Source: an uncultured Bacteroidaceae bacterium (GTDB lineage Bacteria > Bacillota > Clostridia > Christensenellales > CAG-917). Taken from it: a stretch of 36,850 nt of DNA. The notes under the pieces are model-generated. The model was not told the origin of the DNA. It did no database searches and saw only the letters and a list, made by a program, of their open reading frames with translations. Made by a program: the position numbers and the translations under genes. Each line of letters opens with the position of its first letter. The first letter of the stretch is position 1. Where the stretch lies: the NCBI GenBank assembly GCA_964367645.1, contig CAYIYN010000004.1:1-36850 (forward strand). Reading direction: 5' to 3'. This document shows positions 1 to 8,032 of the stretch, one piece after another.

Positions 1-1
1 G

Positions 2-1720
2 GCATTCAGTTCGTTTGATACCTATCTTGCTCCCTTTGTCAAAGTTGATAAGCTGACATATAAAGAAGTCAAACAATGCATTCAATCCTTTATATACGGC
101 GTGAACACCCCTTCCCGTTGGGGCACGCAGGCACCTTTTACAAACATCACGCTCGACTGGACCGTGCCTAACGACCTTGCGGAACTTCCCGCAATCGTCG
201 GCGGCAAGGAGATGGACTTTAAATATAAAGACTGCACTGCCGAAATGGCGATGGTCAACAAGGCGTTCATCGAGATTATGATAGAAGGCGACGCCAATGG
301 CAGAGGTTTCCAATATCCCATCCCTACTTATTCCATCACGCGCGATTTCGACTGGTCCGACAATGAGAACAACCGTATGCTGTTTGAGATGACATCCAAG
401 TACGGCACACCGTATTTTTCTAATTACGTCAACTCCGATATGGAACCGAGCGACGTGAGAAGTATGTGCTGCCGTCTGCGCCTTGACCTCAGAGAACTGC
501 GCAAAAAATCGGGCGGCTTCTTCGGCAGTGGCGAATCCACCGGCTCTGTGGGCGTCGTAACCATCAATATGCCCAGAATTGCATATCTTGCAAATTCGGA
601 AGAGGAATTTTTCAAAGAACTGGAACGCTTGATGAATTTGAGCGCGCGTTCACTTAAAATCAAGCGTAACGTCATAACCAAACTGCTTGAAGAAGGCCTA
701 TACCCCTACACAAAACGCTATCTTGGCACATTCTCCAACCACTTCTCGACAATCGGTCTTGTGGGTATGAACGAAGCGTGCCTAAACGCCAAATGGATAC
801 GCAAAAATATGACTCACAGTTCTGCGCAAGAGTTCACCAAAAAGACACTGAACTATATGAGAAAAAAACTCTCCGACTATCAAGAACTTTACGGAGATTT
901 GTACAACCTCGAAGCCACGCCTGCCGAGTCCACGTCCTATCGTTTGGCAAAACACGACAGAGAAAAATATCCCGATATCATAGCGGCAAGCGAAGGCAAA
1001 GACGCCACTCCGTACTACACAAACAGTTCACACCTGCCCGTCGGCTACACCGAAGACATTTTTAACGCTCTCGACATTCAGGACGAACTGCAAACTCTGT
1101 ATACATCAGGCACCGTTTTCCACGCTTTCTTAGGACAGAAACTCGACAGTTGGCAAGCGGCGGCAAATCTTGTCAAAAAACTTGCTTGGAACTACAAAAT
1201 GCCCTACTACACCCTTTCCCCGACCTACTCGATTTGCGCGGAACACGGATATCTTGAAGGCGAGCAGTTTAAGTGCCCCATCTGCGGAAAAACCGCCGAA
1301 GTGTACAGCCGTATCACCGGATACTACCGCCCCGTCCAAAACTGGAACGACGGAAAACTTGCAGAATTCCGCGAGCGCAAAACCTATGATATAGACAACA
1401 GCGTGTTGAAGCGTGATAATAAGACCACCGATAGCTATGACGTTGCTCCCACAAAATCCGAAGAAGTCAAAAAGAGCGCGGTTGACGGGCTGTTGATGTT
1501 TGTGTCACCCACTTGCCCAAACTGCAAGATGGCAAAGCAAATGATGAATAAAGCAGGCATCGCATACAAGGTAATTGACGCATACGAACAGCGCGACGAA
1601 GCAGTCAGCTACGGTGTCAAAAAAGCACCCACCCTCCTTGTTCCCAACGGAAATGGCGGTTATGACGAATACGACAACGCAAGCAAAATCAAAGCGTTTA
1701 TCGAAGCCAATAAAGGTTAA
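2..1720 (+). CDS. nrdD: Anaerobic (class III) ribonucleoside-triphosphate reductase, 5'-truncated by the window edge, with fused C-terminal glutaredoxin/NrdH-like domain
   Basis: Frame is open from base 2 (AFSSFDTYLAPF...). Motifs: SMCCRL active-site loop, YNLEATPAES, Zn ribbon CAEH..CPIC, glycyl-radical loop SRITGYYRP, then a linker and MFVSPTCPNCK...KAPTL redoxin fold. Confidence 0.96.
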   Translation, partial: AFSSFDTYLAPFVKVDKLTYKEVKQCIQSFIYGVNTPSRWGTQAPFTNITLDWTVPNDLAELPAIVGGKEMDFKYKDCTAEMAMVNKAFIEIMIEGDANGRGFQYPIPTYSITRDFDWSDNENNRMLFEMTSKYGTPYFSNYVNSDMEPSDVRSMCCRLRLDLRELRKKSGGFFGSGESTGSVGVVTINMPRIAYLANSEEEFFKELERLMNLSARSLKIKRNVITKLLEEGLYPYTKRYLGTFSNHFSTIGLVGMNEACLNAKWIRKNMTHSSAQEFTKKTLNYMRKKLSDYQELYGDLYNLEATPAESTSYRLAKHDREKYPDIIAASEGKDATPYYTNSSHLPVGYTEDIFNALDIQDELQTLYTSGTVFHAFLGQKLDSWQAAANLVKKLAWNYKMPYYTLSPTYSICAEHGYLEGEQFKCPICGKTAEVYSRITGYYRPVQNWNDGKLAEFRERKTYDIDNSVLKRDNKTTDSYDVAPTKSEEVKKSAVDGLLMFVSPTCPNCKMAKQMMNKAGIAYKVIDAYEQRDEAVSYGVKKAPTLLVPNGNGGYDEYDNASKIKAFIEANKG

Positions 1721-1744
1721 AATAATCTAGTTTATAAATGACTT

Positions 1745-1772
1745 AATGCGGTATGCCTCGGCATACCGCATT
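1745..1772. other. Perfect intercistronic hairpin without U-tract
   Basis: AATGCGGTATGCC-TC-GGCATACCGCATT, a 13-bp inverted repeat between the nrdD stop and the next RBS. Confidence 0.8.
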
Positions 1773-1791
1773 GAAAGTAAGGGATATAATT

Positions 1792-2703
1792 ATGTATGAT
1801 ATTATAATAGTCGGAGCCGGAGCCGCCGGAATGACAGCCGCACTAAACTGCCGCCGCGCCGAAAAAACAGTTTTAGTAATCGAAGGAGAAAACATTGGTG
1901 GACAGATTGCCCATTCGCCCAAAGTGGAAAATTTTCCGTCTGTAAAGCAAATGGCGGGAAGCGAATTTTCCGACAAACTCTTCGACCAAATAACCGAATG
2001 GGGCGCGGATTTTGAGTTTGACACCGTCAAAGCGATAAATAAAACGGCTTTTGGGTTCAAAGTGCAGGCTGAATACGGCAGTTACGATGGCAAGAGCATC
2101 ATACTTGCAACGGGTGTTAAGCACCGTACTATGGGCATTGAGCGCGAAGAAGAACTTGTCGGGCACGGCGTAAGTTATTGTGCAATATGCGACGGTGCGT
2201 TTTATGCAGGCGAAGACGTTGTTATGATTGGCGACGCCAACACCGCTCTCCAATATGTCAACTTATTGTCGGGCTATTGCAAGAGCGTTCACATCTGCAC
2301 GCTATTCGACCGTTTCTTTGGCGACAAGGTTTTAATCGACAGCGTATTGAGCAAAAAGAACGTCACCTACACACACAATTTGGCATTGAAGCGTTTCGTC
2401 GGCGAAGACGAACTGAGCGGTCTTGTGTTTGAAGACACCAAAACTCAAAAAGAAGTCAGTTTCAACTGCAAAGCGGCATTTATCTGCATCGGGCAGTTGC
2501 CCAACAACGGTGATTTTAAAGACCTTGTCGATTTGGACAAAAACGGATATATTATCTCCGACGAAGATTGCCGCACTTCCCAAGAGGGAGTTTTTGTTGC
2601 AGGTGATTGCCGCACAAAAAAAATACGTCAACTTGTGACGGCTGCAAATGACGGAAGCATCGCCGCATTCAACTGCTGCCAATATCTTGACACCCTAAAA
2701 TAA
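1792..2703 (+). CDS. trxB: Thioredoxin reductase-family flavoprotein (TrxB-like) with degenerate NADPH-binding motifs
   Basis: N-terminal GAGAAG FAD motif, ILATG, redox CAICDG, VFVAGDC, RQLVTAANDG. Start set at ATG 1792 after AAGGGA. Confidence 0.9.
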   Translation: MYDIIIVGAGAAGMTAALNCRRAEKTVLVIEGENIGGQIAHSPKVENFPSVKQMAGSEFSDKLFDQITEWGADFEFDTVKAINKTAFGFKVQAEYGSYDGKSIILATGVKHRTMGIEREEELVGHGVSYCAICDGAFYAGEDVVMIGDANTALQYVNLLSGYCKSVHICTLFDRFFGDKVLIDSVLSKKNVTYTHNLALKRFVGEDELSGLVFEDTKTQKEVSFNCKAAFICIGQLPNNGDFKDLVDLDKNGYIISDEDCRTSQEGVFVAGDCRTKKIRQLVTAANDGSIAAFNCCQYLDTLK

Positions 2704-3401
2704 TGCATATAAGCGGATTTGAAAAATTTTCTATGGTCGACTGGGACGGAAAGATTGTCTGTACCGTTTTTACAAACGGATGCAATTTCCGTTGCCCTTT
2801 TTGCCACAACGCGCCTTTGGCGTTGGGAGTTGGTGACAGAATAGATGAAAACGAAGTTTTTGACTACCTTATAAAACGCAAAAATCTGGTGGACGGAGTT
2901 TGTATCTCCGGCGGAGAACCTACCCTTCAATCCGATATAATTGACTTTGTTAAAAAAGTGAAAGAACTCGGATTCGACATAAAGTTGGACACAAACGGCA
3001 CAAATCCCGACAAACTGCAATCGCTCCTTTCTCAAAAAATTATCGACTTCGTGGCAATGGATATAAAAAACGGTACGGTAAAATATGCTGCAACCGCCGG
3101 CATAAGCGCAGAAGCAGGAAAAAAACTTTTTGAAAACGTAAAAAAAAGCATTGAAATAATAAAATCGAGTGGCGTTGACTACGAGTTTAGGACAACCTTA
3201 ATATCGGAATTCCATACCCTTGAAGATATGGAAGAAATCGCCGAGCTGATTGGAAACGCAAAACGCTATGTTTTGCAAAAGTACGTTGACCGCGACGGCT
3301 GTATAATTCACGGTTACGACGCCGTTGACAAGGGGTGCGCCGAAAAATATCTGCAAATTTTTGATAAGGTTGAAAAAACAGGACTACGCGGATTTTCATA
3401 A
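2703..3401 (+). CDS. nrdG: Anaerobic RNR activating protein (radical SAM)
   Basis: CNFRCPFCHN (CxxxCxxC), ISGGEPT, KLDTNG, YEFRTT. Start overlaps the upstream stop (TAATG); nrdD context. Confidence 0.93.
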   Translation: MHISGFEKFSMVDWDGKIVCTVFTNGCNFRCPFCHNAPLALGVGDRIDENEVFDYLIKRKNLVDGVCISGGEPTLQSDIIDFVKKVKELGFDIKLDTNGTNPDKLQSLLSQKIIDFVAMDIKNGTVKYAATAGISAEAGKKLFENVKKSIEIIKSSGVDYEFRTTLISEFHTLEDMEEIAELIGNAKRYVLQKYVDRDGCIIHGYDAVDKGCAEKYLQIFDKVEKTGLRGFS

Positions 3402-3481
3402 AATTTTATCAATAACTCACAACTCAAAACAAACAACTTTTTTTAATTTATTTTGTCGGTGCTTATTCGTGCCGATATTTA

Positions 3482-3581
3482 ATTATGACGGTTTTTGCCA
3501 CTTCTGATTATGACGGTTTTTGCCACTTTTGATTATGACGGTTTTTACCACTTATGTTTATGGCAGTTTTTGCCACTCCGT
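3482..3581. repeat. Four tandem 25-bp repeats (ATTATGACGGTTTTTGCCACTTnTG)
   Basis: Units at 3482, 3507, 3532 and 3557 (last is degenerate); no spacers; flanked by a 9-bp inverted repeat at 3470-3478 and 3586-3594. Confidence 0.95.
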
Positions 3582-3621
3582 ATTTATATCGGCAACGCTA
3601 AAAACACTCTTTGTGCCGCTA

Positions 3622-3650
3622 TTGACTTTGAGTATAGTCAAGTTTATACT
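3622..3650 (+). promoter_or_regulatory. Sigma-A promoter with overlapping palindrome
   Basis: TTGACT-N17-TATACT; inverted repeat TTGACT-N8-AGTCAA at 3622-3641. Confidence 0.75.
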
Positions 3651-3698
3651 TAAATTTAATGTTAAACAAACTTAAATCAAAAAATTAAGGGGATAAAA

Positions 3699-4952
3699 AT
3701 GCTCACAATATCGGTTATCGGCCTAGGAAACAGAGGCACTGAATATATGAGCCTCATTAAATATTTGCATTTTTGCGAGGCGAAAACCGTTGCAATTTGC
3801 GATATATCTCAGCGCGCACTTGACGACATTGGGAAAGCCTTCAACATAAAGAAAGAAATGCGGTATTTAGGCTCTGACGAGTTCTTTAAGCAGGGTGTGC
3901 TTTCGGACGGGCTTATCATTGCGACGCAAGATAAGAGCCATTATGCCATCACAAAATCGGCGCTTGAATGTGGCTACAATTTTATCCTTTTGGAAAAACC
4001 CGTTTCCGACAACATCGCCGAGTGCGAGGAACTGGAACGTCTTGCAAAAGACAAAGGCGCGCGGTTGATTGTGTGCCACGTTCTTCGCTACGCCGACTAC
4101 TACCGCAAAATCATGCAGATTATTAGAAACGGTGAAATCGGTAGGCTTGTTGCCATAAATCACACGGAAAACGTCGGATTTTTCCACTTCGCGCATTCTT
4201 TTGTGAGAGGCAACTGGAAACGAACCGATACTTCAGCACCCTCTCTTCTTGCAAAATGCTGTCACGACATTGATTTAATTTGCTGGTTTGCAAATGCGGA
4301 CTGCACGGAAGTCAGTTCCTACGGTGATTTGCTTTATTTCAACCGCAACAACGCTCCCGAAGGCGCGACTGACTTTTGTCTTAACGGCTGCAAAGCAAAA
4401 AAGGAATGCCCGTATGACAGCGAATACACTTACATTACATCTCCTCCTCACAAAAGCACGTTTGTGAAGTTTATGCGCCGAACAATGACGGGAAAAGTCG
4501 GAGCGACCAAAAAAGATATGTACGAGTGCTTGAAAAACACGAGTTACGGTAAATGCGTGTTTTTAAACGACAACGACGTTTGCGATTTTCAGGTTGTCAA
4601 TCTCAAATTTGCAAACGGTATAACTGCCGTGCATACGATGAACGCATTCAGCAACAAATGCAAGCGTACAAGTCACTTCATCGGCACGAAAGGAGAACTG
4701 ATTTGTGACGACAAGCGTCTGAAACTTTGCATTTTTGGCAAAGGCGAAAAATACGTTCACGCCGCAAATCCCCTGTTTCCAGGACACTTTGAAGGGGATT
4801 TAAGAACCCTTTCGGGATTTATAGCCCTTATGAAAGGGGATATCAAACACCCCGAAGACCTTACCGACATTTCAGCGACAACCGTAAGCCACCGAGTGGT
4901 AATGGCAGCGGAAAAGTCCAGAAAAAGCGGTGGCATCACAGTAAAACCCTAA
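3699..4952 (+). CDS. Gfo/Idh/MocA family NAD(P)-dependent oxidoreductase
   Basis: IGLGNRG Rossmann motif, LLEKP, CHVLRY, HSFVRGNW, KCCHDID; RBS AAGGGG. Confidence 0.9.
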   Translation: MLTISVIGLGNRGTEYMSLIKYLHFCEAKTVAICDISQRALDDIGKAFNIKKEMRYLGSDEFFKQGVLSDGLIIATQDKSHYAITKSALECGYNFILLEKPVSDNIAECEELERLAKDKGARLIVCHVLRYADYYRKIMQIIRNGEIGRLVAINHTENVGFFHFAHSFVRGNWKRTDTSAPSLLAKCCHDIDLICWFANADCTEVSSYGDLLYFNRNNAPEGATDFCLNGCKAKKECPYDSEYTYITSPPHKSTFVKFMRRTMTGKVGATKKDMYECLKNTSYGKCVFLNDNDVCDFQVVNLKFANGITAVHTMNAFSNKCKRTSHFIGTKGELICDDKRLKLCIFGKGEKYVHAANPLFPGHFEGDLRTLSGFIALMKGDIKHPEDLTDISATTVSHRVVMAAEKSRKSGGITVKP

Positions 4953-5005
4953 AATATAAACGGACATAAAATGCCAAAATTGTGAAAGTAAATAGGTAAG
5001 CCGAT

Positions 5006-6154
5006 ATGATGACAGAATATAAAAACAAAAAAATACTGAACGTAAAGGTGATTTCTGACGGCAAAATTTCCGACGACGCCTACGACGTGACGCTTGAAAA
5101 CGGTATTGTAACCGAGGTTTTTCCCACATCCGAAAAATCACCTTCGACACGTTATCTATGCCACGGATTTTGCGATATACACACCCACGGCGCAGCGGGA
5201 CGCGAGTACGTCGAAGGAAGTCAGGATGCGGTGGATAAAGCATCGAAATATTTGCTTGAAAACGGCGTCACTTCTTTTTGCCCTACTTTCTCGGCTACTC
5301 CTCTACCCGAACTTGACGGAAAACTGAAAAAACTATTTGAGTGCAACAGCAATTATTCCAAAATGTTGGGCGCGCACCTTGAAGGCCCGTTTATAAGCCT
5401 TAAACACAAAGGCGCGCAACCTGCCGAATATATTAGGCGCGAATTTTTTGATTCTGATGCGGACTTCTATATTCAGAACGCTGACAAAATATCAATTGTG
5501 ACGCTCTGCCCTGCCGTAAAAAATGCAACCAAACTTGTCGCTCTTTTGACAAAACATAATATCAAGGCGCAAGGCGGCCACGACGATAGCAGACTGCCTC
5601 AAATACTCGACTGTATGAAAGAGGGTTTGGACGGCGTAACTCACATTTATTGCGGCTGTTCCACAAGTGAAAGGGACAAAAATTTTGACAAAACTCTCGG
5701 CCTTACGGAAGCAGGATTGTATTTTGATGAAATGACAGTCGAGGCAATCGCGGACGGAAAGCATCTTGCAAAAGAACTGTTTCTGTTCGTAGTGAAAAAC
5801 AAAGGATACAGGCGTGTTTGCATTATCTCCGACAGTCTTGCGCCTGCCGGTATGCCAAACGGCAAATACATGTTAGACGGACAATGTGTATACTCCAACG
5901 GATTGGCGGCTTTTCTTTGCGACGGCACTTCGCTTGCAGGAAGCATAAGCAATCTATCGAAAGAAGTGAAAAATGTGGTCGATTACGGCATTTCCCTTGA
6001 ACAAGCCGTTTATATGGCTGCAGATGCACCGCTAAAATATCTGGGACTTAACGCTACACCCGCCGTAAAAGGCAAAACGGCGGATTTCAATATTCTTGAC
6101 GAACAAGGCAATTTGCTTGCCGTTTATTTTGGCAACATCAAAATAGAGAAGTAA
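5006..6154 (+). CDS. nagA: N-acetylglucosamine-6-phosphate deacetylase family amidohydrolase
   Basis: DIHTHG, HLEGPF, KGAQ, DGKH, ISDS, LAGS, ADF motifs. Confidence 0.85.
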   Translation: MMTEYKNKKILNVKVISDGKISDDAYDVTLENGIVTEVFPTSEKSPSTRYLCHGFCDIHTHGAAGREYVEGSQDAVDKASKYLLENGVTSFCPTFSATPLPELDGKLKKLFECNSNYSKMLGAHLEGPFISLKHKGAQPAEYIRREFFDSDADFYIQNADKISIVTLCPAVKNATKLVALLTKHNIKAQGGHDDSRLPQILDCMKEGLDGVTHIYCGCSTSERDKNFDKTLGLTEAGLYFDEMTVEAIADGKHLAKELFLFVVKNKGYRRVCIISDSLAPAGMPNGKYMLDGQCVYSNGLAAFLCDGTSLAGSISNLSKEVKNVVDYGISLEQAVYMAADAPLKYLGLNATPAVKGKTADFNILDEQGNLLAVYFGNIKIEK

Positions 6155-6196
6155 AAACAGAATATTGGATTGATAAAAAATCAAGTTAAATCATGC

Positions 6197-6223
6197 AAAA
6201 TGCCCCTGTAACGGGGCTTTTTT
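6197..6223 (+). terminator. Intrinsic terminator between convergent genes
   Basis: GCCCC-TGTAAC-GGGGC followed by T6. Confidence 0.75.
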
Positions 6224-6270
6224 AATGCTTCAATTATAATGATTCAGTTGATTGCTCACTTCGCTTATTG

Positions 6271-8025
6271 CTAAAGGTTTTTCGTGCCGTTATAAAGAAC
6301 AAAACTGCGCGCGTTTCCCTTTGTTATATCCTCAACCGAACAACCTTTTTTGTCGGCAAGGATTTTGAGCACGAGCGGTGAACAGAATCCACCTTGACAA
6401 CGTCCCATGCCGGGGCGCACGCGCCTCTTTACTCCGTCCAGCGTCAAAACAGGCACGGGAGAATTGACGGCATCCAAAATCTCACCCTTGCTGACTTCTT
6501 CACAACGGCAAATAATTTCGCCGTAGTCGGGGTTGGATTTTATAAGTTTGTCGCGCTCATCAAGCGGCATAGCGGCTAGGTGCGGAGGTGCTTTTCTTAT
6601 TGGATTAAAACTTTCGTTCTTTTCAACTTTTTCGCTCTTCGACAGATACTCAACTGCCCACTTGCATAAATCCTCTGCGATTGCGGGTGCGGCGGTGATT
6701 CCCGGCGACTGAATGCCTGCGGCTTCCAAAATATTTTCGGTATACACGCCCTTGCGCACTTGAAAATCCTCTTCGTAAGTGGGAGCGCGGACACCCGAAA
6801 AATAGGCTATAACATCGCTTCGGCTTATTTTTTCTGATACGCGGCTTTGCGCGTCAAGTATGACGTTCATACTTTCGGCATCGGTCGTTGTGTCTTCTCT
6901 GTCCGGCGTTTCGATGACGTTTGGTCCCACAAGCATATTGCCGTCAACCGAATGGATACTGCCAATTCCCTTGGTGTGAGAACTTAGTGCGGCGATAACG
7001 TCCTTTATGCCGATTTTCTTTTCACCCGGAAGTGCGGGAGGCAGTGTCGTTGGTGCTTTTGCAAAACTGGTGTTTACAAGATAACCGACTTTTTTGTCCA
7101 AAATAATATCGGTACCCTTTCTTGGATGTATGGTAAACGTGCGATCTAATGCCATATCCGCAATCACGTCTGCATACACGCCTGCGGCGTTTATCACCAG
7201 TTTTGGGTAGATTAAACCCCTGTTTGTGCAAATAGACACAATCTTATTATCCTTCACTTCCATCGATTCAACCGCCGTGTCAAGACAGATTTTTACTCCG
7301 TTCAGCGCGGCATTTTCGGCAAGCGCGACCGTCATTTTGTAGGGGCTGGTTATTCCGCCAATCGGCATATACAAGCCTCCGTAACACCAACTGGGGATAT
7401 AAGGTTCGATGCTTTTGAGTTCTTCCGCCTTCATAAATTTCACGCCTTCGATTTTGAGGCGTTTGGCGTTTAATTTCAAAACGGAACAAAGAATTTTTTC
7501 CCAAGGTCTGCCGATAATGAGCACTTGACCTTTTTGCTCAAAGGGTACGTCAAGGTCGCGGCAAAGCGCGGCATACATTTTGTTGCCTGCGTGATTGTAT
7601 ATGTGCTTTTGTGAAGTCGGAGAATAGTTTATGCCGACGTGCACGACGCCGCCGTTACGAGAAGAACCACCCACCGCAACGTCATAGCCGCGCTCAACAA
7701 GCATAACGTCAAGTTTGTATTTGGAAAGTTCTCTTGCCGCGGCGCAGCCTGTGATACCTCCGCCGATTATTAAAACATCGGGCATCGCGCCTTCATATGC
7801 TTTGTCGGACTCGGGAGGCTTATAACTTGTTGACACAAAGTTTTTTTCTGTTACGCGGTTAACGACGCCAAGGTAGCGTTTGTCCACGGCGAGTTTGCCT
7901 GCCTTGACGGCGGTTTTCCACTCGTCCACCTCGCCCGTAAGCACGATGCAACCTCTGTCTTCTGTTACTTGGATATGCGAACAGAGTTTGGAAATCTTTT
8001 TTTGTATTTTTTTAAAACTGCTCAT
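6271..8025 (-). CDS. GlpA/LhgO-family FAD-dependent oxidoreductase (probable glycerol-3-phosphate dehydrogenase) with N-terminal BON-like and C-terminal BFD-like [2Fe-2S] domains
   Basis: IIGGGITG, SSRNGGVVH, INAAG, GIQSPGITAAPAIA, ICRCE...GMGRCQGGFC. N-terminus IVLTGEV...GVVNRV resembles a BON domain. Confidence 0.85.
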   Translation of the reverse strand: MSSFKKIQKKISKLCSHIQVTEDRGCIVLTGEVDEWKTAVKAGKLAVDKRYLGVVNRVTEKNFVSTSYKPPESDKAYEGAMPDVLIIGGGITGCAAARELSKYKLDVMLVERGYDVAVGGSSRNGGVVHVGINYSPTSQKHIYNHAGNKMYAALCRDLDVPFEQKGQVLIIGRPWEKILCSVLKLNAKRLKIEGVKFMKAEELKSIEPYIPSWCYGGLYMPIGGITSPYKMTVALAENAALNGVKICLDTAVESMEVKDNKIVSICTNRGLIYPKLVINAAGVYADVIADMALDRTFTIHPRKGTDIILDKKVGYLVNTSFAKAPTTLPPALPGEKKIGIKDVIAALSSHTKGIGSIHSVDGNMLVGPNVIETPDREDTTTDAESMNVILDAQSRVSEKISRSDVIAYFSGVRAPTYEEDFQVRKGVYTENILEAAGIQSPGITAAPAIAEDLCKWAVEYLSKSEKVEKNESFNPIRKAPPHLAAMPLDERDKLIKSNPDYGEIICRCEEVSKGEILDAVNSPVPVLTLDGVKRRVRPGMGRCQGGFCSPLVLKILADKKGCSVEDITKGNARSFVLYNGTKNL

Positions 8026-8032
8026 TTAGTGC

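Noticed and set aside
101-103. ORF-track start of nrdD (and upstream-extended starts for trxB, tetR, sleB, spoIIR, proS and others)
   Set aside because: The nrdD frame is open to the window edge; other starts were moved to codons with RBS or promoter support.
3482-3581. Possible CRISPR array
   Set aside because: Repeats are contiguous with no unique spacers, and no cas genes are in the window.
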